From Arenicellales bacterium (lineage in GTDB: Bacteria; Pseudomonadota; Gammaproteobacteria; BMS3Bbin11), in contig JARFQC010000018.1 in the NCBI GenBank assembly GCA_029287965.1, positions 1 to 27,129 on the forward strand: a DNA stretch of 27,129 nt, written 5' to 3'. Under the pieces are notes generated by a model. It was not told the origin of the DNA. It was given only the letters and a program-made list of their open reading frames with translations, and did not search any database. The position numbers and the translations under genes are program-made. Position 1 is the stretch's first letter. Each line of letters opens with the position of its first letter. Shown here piece by piece: positions 19,175 to 26,524 of this stretch.

Positions 19175-19196
19175 CGGCAGACCGACTGGTCTGCCG
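19175..19196. other. Perfect 9-bp GC-rich stem-loop between the ArsR and rhodanese genes
   Basis: CGGCAGACC-gact-GGTCTGCCG; no U-tract in the operon (minus) direction. Confidence 0.7.
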
Positions 19197-19218
19197 GGTA
19201 TAGACGGGTTGGTTTAAA

Positions 19219-19551
19219 TCATCCCAGGTCGTTGGAGCAGAATGCATCCTGCATGGCTTCGATCAGGTGGAGTATGCTTTGTTCGCCAATGCGGTAATAG
19301 ACCTTGTTGGCATCTTTGCGCGAGATGAGAATGTTCTTGTCGCGCAGGATAGATAAGTGCTGGGAAATATTGCTCTGTGACGTGCCGACCCGCTCAACGA
19401 GCTCCTGTACGCTGACTTCCTGGTTGGCGCCCAGGATGCAGAGAATCTTGAGTCGCAATGGATGAGCCATTGCTTTTAGTGCACGCGATGCCGTGTCAAT
19501 ATCGGCATCATTTGAAATTATCATTCCCTCACTGGTTACTGGGTGAGTCAT
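19219..19551 (-). CDS. ArsR/SmtB family repressor, SqrR/BigR/YgaV-like
   Basis: KAMAHPLRLKILC, SVQEL, SQSNISQHLSILR, VYYRI, and C-terminal AFCS. Confidence 0.92.
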   Translation of the reverse strand: MTHPVTSEGMIISNDADIDTASRALKAMAHPLRLKILCILGANQEVSVQELVERVGTSQSNISQHLSILRDKNILISRKDANKVYYRIGEQSILHLIEAMQDAFCSNDLG

Positions 19552-19667
19552 GGAAGTCGTCCCTTGGATTGTCGTTGCTGCCGAAGCCTGCTTGTTTGTG
19601 CTCTGAAACCGTCAGTTGTGACCGGTAAACCCTGCCGACACTTTAATCTTGCGCCTGTGTCTTTATC

Positions 19668-19688
19668 ATAATATTACTGAATTATTAT
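19668..19688. promoter_or_regulatory. AT-rich inverted repeat in the ArsR/envC divergent promoter region (candidate operator)
   Basis: ATAATA-N9-TATTAT overlapping a perfect minus-strand TATAAT (19689-19684). Confidence 0.45.
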
Positions 19689-19691
19689 AAG

Positions 19692-20885
19692 TTGTACTAT
19701 TCCCTGATGCGACTGTTTTTTAAATCCGCCCCGGTAAAATTCACCTGCCATGCGCTGCTGGCGGGTATTTTATTCGTATTTCCACAGTATGTGGTTGCAG
19801 AAGAAGCACGCGTCGAACAGAAGCAGGCCGAACTGAAAGTACTCAAGCAGCGCATCAAGGCATTGCAGGAGAGGCTGAAGAACAGCCAGGCGAAGCTCGA
19901 CCGGGAAGACAAGGTGCTGCGAGAGGTCGATATGCGTATCAATGATATCAACCAGTCATTGCGCGACCTGGAAAAACAGAAAGCTGACGTTATCGCCGAC
20001 ATGGATGCACTGCGCGAATCACGCAGCCGGACGTTTAGCGAGCTTGAGCGCGAGCAGCAGGTGTTGGCTGAACAGATGCGGTCTGCCTATATCAGCGGCA
20101 ACGAAGAATACGTCAAGCTGCTGTTGAATCTGCAGGATCCTGCGGTCATGTCGCGCGTCCTCAGCTACTACCGCTACATCGCACGCGACCGGGTAGAAAC
20201 TATTGCCCAGATTAACGCCTACCTGGAAGAAATGGCGCGTTACGAAGCCGGATACGTCCAGCGCAGCCGGGAACTCGAGGCCGTTATTGGGCAGCAAAAG
20301 GAGCGCTGGCAAAGCCTGGATCTGGCGTACCGGGAACAAATGGCCGCAGTTCAACGTCTACGTAGTCAGGTTAGCGAAGATAATGACGAGATCAAGCGGC
20401 TCAATGCGGATGAAAAAGCCCTGCTCGCGCTGATCCAGGAACTGTCGTCGGTGCTCGAGGAACTGCTGGAAGATGAACGTGGCAAGGATTCCTTTCGCGA
20501 TCATCGCGGTTCGCTGACATTGCCGGTCAAGGCGCGTGTATCGGAGAGTTTCGGTTCACGGCGCAGAATTGGCGACCTGCGCTGGCAGGGCATAATGCTG
20601 AGCGGCAAGGCGGGCAGTCCGGTCAGCGCGGTCTATCATGGCCGGGTGGTCTATGCCGACTGGATGCGCGGATTCGGCCTGTTATTGATTATTGACCATG
20701 GTGATGGTTATATGAGCCTTTACGGCCATAATGAAAGCGTGCTCGTCGAGGAAGGTGACTGGGTTGAAAGCGGTCAGCCTGTTGCGACGATGGGCATGAG
20801 TGGTGGCGGCAGCCGGCCGGGTCTATACTTTGAGATCCGGTACAAGGGCAAGCCCCAGGATCCCATGCGCTGGTGCCGTCGTTGA
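19692..20885 (+). CDS. envC: Murein hydrolase activator EnvC (coiled coil plus degenerate M23 domain)
   Basis: Signal/TM segment, long coiled coil, SAYISG, M23 fold with degenerate Zn ligands (WQGIM, YGHN), LYFEIRY. Start TTG 19692 or ATG 19707. Confidence 0.9.
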   Translation: MYYSLMRLFFKSAPVKFTCHALLAGILFVFPQYVVAEEARVEQKQAELKVLKQRIKALQERLKNSQAKLDREDKVLREVDMRINDINQSLRDLEKQKADVIADMDALRESRSRTFSELEREQQVLAEQMRSAYISGNEEYVKLLLNLQDPAVMSRVLSYYRYIARDRVETIAQINAYLEEMARYEAGYVQRSRELEAVIGQQKERWQSLDLAYREQMAAVQRLRSQVSEDNDEIKRLNADEKALLALIQELSSVLEELLEDERGKDSFRDHRGSLTLPVKARVSESFGSRRRIGDLRWQGIMLSGKAGSPVSAVYHGRVVYADWMRGFGLLLIIDHGDGYMSLYGHNESVLVEEGDWVESGQPVATMGMSGGGSRPGLYFEIRYKGKPQDPMRWCRR

Positions 20886-21007
20886 CGCACAGTCGCACAC
20901 CCGCTTCAAGCATTCCTTGAATTCTGCAATTTAGCTGCGATATTCACACGGGTGAGCCATACAAAATCGCTGCAGGCCCTATTGTCTGACAGCAACGGAG
21001 ACAACAG

Positions 21008-22324
21008 ATGAAGGAAAGGAAAAGATTCGCGTTCGTGCTTTCGCTGGGCATGGTGCTCGGTGCAGGCATGACGCTATACAGCTCGGTTTTCGCCAAGAAT
21101 GACGAGCCGGCTGTTTCGGCATTGCCACTGGAAGACCTGCGTGCGTTCAGCGAGGTGTTCGGCAAGGTTAAATCCGATTACGTTGAAACGGTTGAAGACG
21201 ACAAGCTGCTGGAAAATGCCATCAAGGGCATGCTGTCAGGGCTGGATCCCCATTCCTCGTATCTGAACAAGGAAGAGTTCAAGGAGATGCGCATCGGCAC
21301 CGACGGCAAGTTCGGCGGTCTCGGCATCGAGGTCACCATGGAGAACGGCTTCGTCAAGGTGGTATCGCCGATCGACGATACGCCGGCACAGCGAGCCGGC
21401 ATCAAGAGCGGTGACGTCATCGTAAGGTTGGACGATACACCGGTAAAAGGCATGACGCTCAATGACGCGGTCAAGATCATGCGCGGTGAGCCGGATACCT
21501 CCATAATGCTGACTATCGTGCGCGACGGCGAGCCTGCTCCGTTGAAGATAGAAGTGGTTCGAGACATCATCCGCATCCAGAGTGTACGCGGCCGCCTGCT
21601 GGAACCCGGCTATGCCTACCTGCGTATCACCCAGTTTCAGTCGGCCACCGGTACCTCGCTGCGCAAGAAGCTCTCGGACCTGAAAAAGGAAAACGGCGAA
21701 GCACTCAAGGGCATCGTGCTCGATCTGCGCAATAACCCGGGCGGGGTACTCAATGCATCAGTTTCTGTTGCCGATGCCTTCGTCACCAAGGGCAAAATCG
21801 TTTATACGGAAGGTCGGGTAAAGGATTCACGTCTGACCTTTAATGCCTCTCCGAATGACATCGCCAATGATGCACCCATCGTTGTACTCGTCAATGGCGG
21901 TTCTGCTTCGGCATCCGAGATTGTTGCCGGGGCACTGCAGGATCACAAGCGCGGCATCATCATGGGAACCAAGACCTTCGGCAAGGGATCAGTGCAGACG
22001 ATTCTGCCGATGAACAATGGTGCGGCATTGAAGATCACGACAGCGCGTTACTACACACCTTCCGGGCGCTCCATCCAGGCAGAAGGTATCGAGCCTGACC
22101 TGATCGTCGAACAGCTTGAACTGGCGAAAAAAGACGAGCCTGAAGTCGACAGGCTGCGCGAGGAAGACCTGCGCAAGCACCTGGGTAATGGCAATGGCGA
22201 CGCCGCAGCTGACGATAACAAGGAAGCAGAAGACGGCAAGGACACCGCGCTGGCAGATGACTACCAGCTCAACGAGGCCCTCAACCTGCTCAAGGGCGTC
22301 AACATAGTCAGGCTGAAAAAGTAA
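21008..22324 (+). CDS. ctpA: S41A C-terminal processing protease (CtpA-like)
   Basis: LDPHSSY, PDZ (GGLGIEV), DLRNNPGG, SASASEIVAGALQD, TFGKGSVQ, TARYYTPSG. Confidence 0.93.
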   Translation: MKERKRFAFVLSLGMVLGAGMTLYSSVFAKNDEPAVSALPLEDLRAFSEVFGKVKSDYVETVEDDKLLENAIKGMLSGLDPHSSYLNKEEFKEMRIGTDGKFGGLGIEVTMENGFVKVVSPIDDTPAQRAGIKSGDVIVRLDDTPVKGMTLNDAVKIMRGEPDTSIMLTIVRDGEPAPLKIEVVRDIIRIQSVRGRLLEPGYAYLRITQFQSATGTSLRKKLSDLKKENGEALKGIVLDLRNNPGGVLNASVSVADAFVTKGKIVYTEGRVKDSRLTFNASPNDIANDAPIVVLVNGGSASASEIVAGALQDHKRGIIMGTKTFGKGSVQTILPMNNGAALKITTARYYTPSGRSIQAEGIEPDLIVEQLELAKKDEPEVDRLREEDLRKHLGNGNGDAAADDNKEAEDGKDTALADDYQLNEALNLLKGVNIVRLKK

Positions 22325-22340
22325 GCCGAGTTCAAGGATT

Positions 22341-22889
22341 ATGTCGAAAGTCCTTGTTCCACTTGCCGAGGGTTTTGAGGAACTCGAAGCCGTTACCATC
22401 ATCGATTTGCTCAGGCGTGCCGGCATCGAAGTCACGGTTGCCGGCCTGCAGGACGGGCCGGTACGAGGCAGCAGGGGAACGGTAATTGTCCCTGACGATA
22501 GTCTGGACATGAGCATGGGTGGTGATTACGACATGATTGTCCTGCCCGGTGGTCTTCCCGGCGCTGACCATCTCAACGAAGATCCACGCATCGACTCCCT
22601 GCTGCGCCAGCTGCACGCCAATGATCGCTATACCGCAGCTATCTGTGCGGCGCCCAAGGTACTGGCGAGCGCCGGATTGCTGCAAGGCAGAACCGTTACC
22701 GCCTATCCCGGCGTGCTTGATAACGCAGACATAGACGACATGGTCTATGACGGTGGTGCCGTGGTCCAGGATGGCCGGGTTATTACGTCGCGCGGGCCCG
22801 GTACGGCCATGGATTTCGCCCTGTCCCTGATTGCCCTGCTGGAAGGGGACGCCCGACGGGATGAGGTGGAGCAGGGCCTGGTACGTTAG
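22341..22889 (+). CDS. DJ-1/PfpI family protein (YajL/ThiJ-like)
   Basis: GFEELEA, LRRAGIEV, LPGGLPGA, AAICAAP nucleophile Cys, ITSRGPGTA. Confidence 0.92.
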   Translation: MSKVLVPLAEGFEELEAVTIIDLLRRAGIEVTVAGLQDGPVRGSRGTVIVPDDSLDMSMGGDYDMIVLPGGLPGADHLNEDPRIDSLLRQLHANDRYTAAICAAPKVLASAGLLQGRTVTAYPGVLDNADIDDMVYDGGAVVQDGRVITSRGPGTAMDFALSLIALLEGDARRDEVEQGLVR

Positions 22890-22932
22890 GGTAATTCTGA
22901 ATACTGTTTGTATAGGCCCCTCTACTAGGCCC

Positions 22933-22946
22933 TTGATTCGGATCAA
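22933..22946 (+). promoter_or_regulatory. FNR/ANR/DNR-family binding site upstream of moaA
   Basis: Exact TTGAT-N4-ATCAA (TTGATTCGGATCAA). GATGCT at 22969-22974 sits where the -10 of a class II (-41.5) promoter would be. Confidence 0.75.
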
Positions 22947-22996
22947 GGCAAATCATGTCCGCTTCAGCGATGCTCTGATTGCAATGCAGTCGCGAA

Positions 22997-23011
22997 AATG
23001 AATAATTCATT
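22997..23011. promoter_or_regulatory. Perfect 7-1-7 inverted repeat in the moaA leader
   Basis: AATGAAT-A-ATTCATT, ending 24 bp before the moaA ATG. Confidence 0.45.
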
Positions 23012-23034
23012 ACGCTAAGGACAAATCAGCAGAC

Positions 23035-24033
23035 ATGTTATCCCGCACCGACAATCAGCTTGTTGACCCGTATGGGCGACGTATCGAGTACGTCAGACTG
23101 TCGGTGACGGATCGTTGCAACTACCGATGTTTCTACTGCCTGCCAAAAGGATTCAAGGATTTCGAGGAACCTGCGCACTGGCTGACATTCGCGGAAATTG
23201 AACGGGTCATGTCTGCGTTCGCCGAACTGGGTGTCGCCCGCATACGCCTGACAGGCGGAGAGCCCCTGGTTCGAAAAAATCTGCCACAACTGGTAAAAGG
23301 GCTCGCCAGTCTGCCGGGCGTCGATGATCTGTCACTCAGCACCAACGCTTCGCTGCTGGCCCGCGACGCGCATGACCTGAAGGATGCCGGCATCAGCCGT
23401 ATTAACGTCAGCCTCGACACGCTGAACGCAGACCGCTTCAGGGATATCACCGGAGGCGGTGAGCTGGTTGCGGTTCTCGACGGTCTGCGCACTGCCCGTG
23501 ATGCGGAACTCAACCCGATCAAGATCAACATGGTCGCGATGAAAGGAGTCAATGATGACGAGTTCGATGACATGCTTGAGTTCTGCATGGAAAACGAATT
23601 CACCCTGAGGTTTATCGAGACCATGCCCATGGGCGTACCCGGTCAGAGTGCGCGCGACAGCTACCTTGAGCTGGACGGGGTGCTGGAAACCCTGCACGAC
23701 AAGTATGAGCTTATTCCATCCTGCATGCCCGGCGGCGGTCCGGCGCGTTATTACAAGGTCGCAGGCAGCGATACGCGGATTGGATTAATTACCCCGATTT
23801 CGCGTCACTTCTGCGAAACCTGTAATCGCGTACGCATGACGGTAGACGGAACACTCTATCTTTGCCTAGGCCAGGAACACAGCTATCCTCTTCGTCCACT
23901 GCTGCGCTCCGGCATCAGTAATGAAGGCCTCAAGGATGCCATTATCGAGGCATTGGCCTTGAAGCCGGAAAGGCATGAATTCAGGGAAAAACCCGATCAG
24001 GTTATCCGTTGCATGTCGCTGACCGGCGGCTGA
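23035..24033 (+). CDS. moaA: GTP 3',8-cyclase MoaA
   Basis: LSVTDRCNYRCFYC, RLTGGEP, STNA, NVSLDTL, FCETCNRVR...LYLCL, C-terminal GG. Confidence 0.97.
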   Translation: MLSRTDNQLVDPYGRRIEYVRLSVTDRCNYRCFYCLPKGFKDFEEPAHWLTFAEIERVMSAFAELGVARIRLTGGEPLVRKNLPQLVKGLASLPGVDDLSLSTNASLLARDAHDLKDAGISRINVSLDTLNADRFRDITGGGELVAVLDGLRTARDAELNPIKINMVAMKGVNDDEFDDMLEFCMENEFTLRFIETMPMGVPGQSARDSYLELDGVLETLHDKYELIPSCMPGGGPARYYKVAGSDTRIGLITPISRHFCETCNRVRMTVDGTLYLCLGQEHSYPLRPLLRSGISNEGLKDAIIEALALKPERHEFREKPDQVIRCMSLTGG

Positions 24034-24056
24034 CGATAACGCTTAAAGGAGCAATT

Positions 24057-24587
24057 ATGGGCCACGCCCGTCCGAATGCAGAATTTATACCGGTAAACAT
24101 CGCGATCATGACTGTTTCTGATTCGCGCTCTGAGGAAAACGACACCTCCGGCAAGGCGCTGGTCGATCGCCTGACCGCCGCCGGCCACAACCTGGCCGAT
24201 AAGCAAATCGTCAAGGATGATCGTTATTCGATCCGGGCGGTCATGTCTGCCTGGATAGCCGAACCCGATGTACAGGCCGTCATCACCACTGGCGGTACGG
24301 GTCTGACAGGCAGGGACATCACACCCGAGGCCGTCGCACCGCTGTTCGACAAGGAAATCGACGGCTTTGGTGAAATGTTCCGCTGGGTGTCGTGGCAGGA
24401 CATCAAGACGTCTACCATACAGTCGCGGGCCATCGCCGGGCTGGCCAACGGCACGGCCATATTCTGTCTGCCTGGTTCTACCGGCGCCTGCCGTACGGGT
24501 TGGGACGAAATCATCATGCACCAGCTCGATCACCGTCACAAACCCTGCAATCTCGTCGAGATAATGCCGCGTTTTCTCGAAAAATAG
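24057..24587 (+). CDS. moaB: Molybdenum cofactor biosynthesis protein B
   Basis: IMTVSD, DTSG, TTGGTGLTGRD, IQSRA, LPGSTGAC, HKPCNL. Start moved to ATG 24057 behind RBS AAAGGAG. Confidence 0.94.
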   Translation: MGHARPNAEFIPVNIAIMTVSDSRSEENDTSGKALVDRLTAAGHNLADKQIVKDDRYSIRAVMSAWIAEPDVQAVITTGGTGLTGRDITPEAVAPLFDKEIDGFGEMFRWVSWQDIKTSTIQSRAIAGLANGTAIFCLPGSTGACRTGWDEIIMHQLDHRHKPCNLVEIMPRFLEK

Positions 24588-24609
24588 CTCAACGGGAAAC
24601 GGCTAAGCG

Positions 24610-25851
24610 ATGAGCGACTGCGGCTGTGACAGCCATGACATAAAACTGATTCCCTATCACGATGCCCTGGGCCGGCTTGTCGATGCAGCCGTGCCCCTGG
24701 CAGACATGGAAGAAGTCGTCACGGCTGCTGCACTTGGCAGGGTGCTGGCTGAACCGGTCTTTTCGGGCATGGACGTTCCGCCTGCCGATAACAGTGCCAT
24801 GGACGGGTATGCACTGAGAAGTAATGACATACTCGGGGATGGCGACATTACCCTGCCTGTGTCACAGCGTATCCCGGCCGGTACCTACGGTCAGCCACTG
24901 GCGGCCGGTACCGCCGCACGTATCTTTACCGGTGCACCGGTACCGCCCGGCGCCGATGCCGTTGTCATGCAGGAAGTCTGCACTGCGAGTGATGACATCG
25001 TCGCAATTCCCGGGCCGGTAGCAGCGGGGCAGAACATACGCCGGGCCGGCGAAGATATCTCCAGTGGTCAGGAACTGCTTGCAGCAGGACGCCGTATCCG
25101 ACCGCAGGAAATGGGCCTGATCGCTTCGGTCGGGCATGCTACGGTCAGCGTCGTACGCCGGCTGCGGGTGGCAATCTTCTTTACCGGCGATGAACTGGTG
25201 GAACCGGGCGGATCGCTCAAGCCGGGCCAGATATATGATTCGAATCGCTTCACCCTGCTGGGCCTGCTGGCAGAGATGGGCTGTGATGTTGTGGATCTCG
25301 GTGTGGTCGGCGATACGCTCGCATCCACTCGCCAGGCCATCCGTAGTGCGGCAGATCAGGCTGACCTGGTAATTACCAGCGGCGGTGTATCCGTGGGTGA
25401 AGAGGATCATGTGCGCATTGCGCTGGAAGAGGAAGGTGATCTCAATATGTGGCGCATTGCCATAAAGCCGGGTAAGCCATTGGCGTACGGTACGGCACAT
25501 GGAGCGCCGTTTATCGGCCTGCCCGGCAATCCGGTTTCTGTGTTTGCCACGTTCTGCCTGTTCGTCAGCCCGTTTATCAAGCGCATGCAGGGCATGACAT
25601 CGGTTGTCAGCCGGGCCGTTCCAGTCAGGGCCGGTTTTGACTGGCCGAAGCCGGGCACGCGTCGGGAGTTTTTGCGCGCACGCCTGGAGCAGGATGCAGC
25701 AGGGCTGCCGCAGGCGGTGATTTACCCTCACCAGGGCTCCGGGGTGCTGACCTCGACAAGCTGGGCCGAGGGTTTCGTGGAAGTGCCTGAAGGTACGACG
25801 GTAACTGCCGGACAGACCGTCGATTACCTGCCCATGTCGCAAATGCTGTAG
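24610..25851 (+). CDS. moeA: Molybdopterin molybdotransferase MoeA
   Basis: GRVLAE, SAMDGYA, RIFTGAPVP, DAVVMQE, TGDEL, DSNR, SGGVSVG, KPGKP, LPGNPVS, QGSG. Confidence 0.96.
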   Translation: MSDCGCDSHDIKLIPYHDALGRLVDAAVPLADMEEVVTAAALGRVLAEPVFSGMDVPPADNSAMDGYALRSNDILGDGDITLPVSQRIPAGTYGQPLAAGTAARIFTGAPVPPGADAVVMQEVCTASDDIVAIPGPVAAGQNIRRAGEDISSGQELLAAGRRIRPQEMGLIASVGHATVSVVRRLRVAIFFTGDELVEPGGSLKPGQIYDSNRFTLLGLLAEMGCDVVDLGVVGDTLASTRQAIRSAADQADLVITSGGVSVGEEDHVRIALEEEGDLNMWRIAIKPGKPLAYGTAHGAPFIGLPGNPVSVFATFCLFVSPFIKRMQGMTSVVSRAVPVRAGFDWPKPGTRREFLRARLEQDAAGLPQAVIYPHQGSGVLTSTSWAEGFVEVPEGTTVTAGQTVDYLPMSQML

Positions 25852-26037
25852 CGGGTCTCAGCAGGTCAGCAAAGCAATGCCTGCATGCTGATGATGTAGC
25901 AGTAGTTAGTGAAAATAATCTCCGGCATTTTTGATTATTGTCATTTATGCATTCTGTCTCACTCTTTAGAGTACAGCACAGTACAGGTTGCAAATTGCTG
26001 CCTGGGTAGTTAATCACAGCTTACGAGGTATCAAGCT

Positions 26038-26151
26038 ATGACCAGCGTTGTCGTCCTGTCCCTGATCGTTCTCGCACTCATTCTCTATATTGGAAAATAT
26101 ACCCGCTTCCATGTCCCCGATAATGACATCGAGCTTTCCCAGGAAGAATAA
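26038..26151 (+). CDS. Putative 37-aa single-TM small protein (MTSVVVLSLIVLALILYIGKYTRFHVPDNDIELSQEE)
   Basis: Translated by hand; below the ORF-track cutoff. RBS GAGGT 8 nt before ATG, a hydrophobic run of about 16 aa, then basic residues and an acidic tail. Confidence 0.6.
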   Translation: MTSVVVLSLIVLALILYIGKYTRFHVPDNDIELSQEE

Positions 26152-26153
26152 CG

Positions 26154-26176
26154 ACCCGGCTGTATGACAGCCCGGT
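26154..26176 (-). terminator. Hairpin, likely terminator of the minus-strand small-ORF transcript
   Basis: Minus strand ACCGGGCTGT-CAT-ACAGCCGGGT (one mismatch) followed by CGTTATTCTT. Confidence 0.45.
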
Positions 26177-26279
26177 ACAGACCGTCCTTGCCCGGTCCCC
26201 AACTCCTCATAGCAATCTCCTCCACGTGCCCCTGCGAGGTATACATCCAGGCCAGCACCAGGGGGTCGGGCAACCTTTT

Positions 26280-26387
26280 TTACATGCAGCCGGATAACAT
26301 GGCTGCGTCAGCTACGCTTACATAGACGACTGCGGCGAGCATGCAAATGATCGCCAGACCGTAGGATTCAATAAACTTTTTCACCAT
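26280..26387 (-). CDS. Putative 35-aa single-TM small protein (MVKKFIESYGLAIICMLAAVVYVSVADAAMLSGCM)
   Basis: Translated by hand; purine-rich RBS GGGGAA before ATG, basic N-terminus, hydrophobic core. Confidence 0.55.
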   Translation of the reverse strand: MVKKFIESYGLAIICMLAAVVYVSVADAAMLSGCM

Positions 26388-26524
26388 AGTCAATTCCCCG
26401 TTTTGATTATTGTTTCGAGGTTCACACTACTATGCATTGATTAATGCAGGCTTAAGCGTAGAGCCGCAAGTCGTCGCGATGCTACCGATTATCTCTCGCT
26501 CAGGTCACGAACAGGAAAGGCCAC

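Larger units (their letters stand above)
25929..26413 (+). repeat. 13-bp direct repeat TTTTGATTATTGT at 25929-25941 and 26401-26413
   Basis: Two identical copies flank the two small ORFs. Confidence 0.6.

Noticed and set aside
20560-20885. Degenerate Zn ligands in the M23 domain as a sign of pseudogenisation
   Set aside because: EnvC normally has a catalytically inactive LytM domain.
20905-20921. TTCAAG-N5-CTTGAA palindrome or sigma32 -35 before ctpA
   Set aside because: No CCCCAT-like -10 at the proper spacing; a 6-bp inverted repeat is within chance.
22890-23034. Moco riboswitch or ModE box upstream of moaA
   Set aside because: I could not match the conserved elements by eye; an Rfam or PWM scan is needed.
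24862-25842. 326-aa minus-strand ORF opposite moeA
   Set aside because: Shadow ORF; moeA has all expected motifs.
25985-25999. Sigma54-like AGGTTGCAAATTGC upstream of the + micro-protein
   Set aside because: Spacing is GG-N9-GC, not the required GG-N10-GC.
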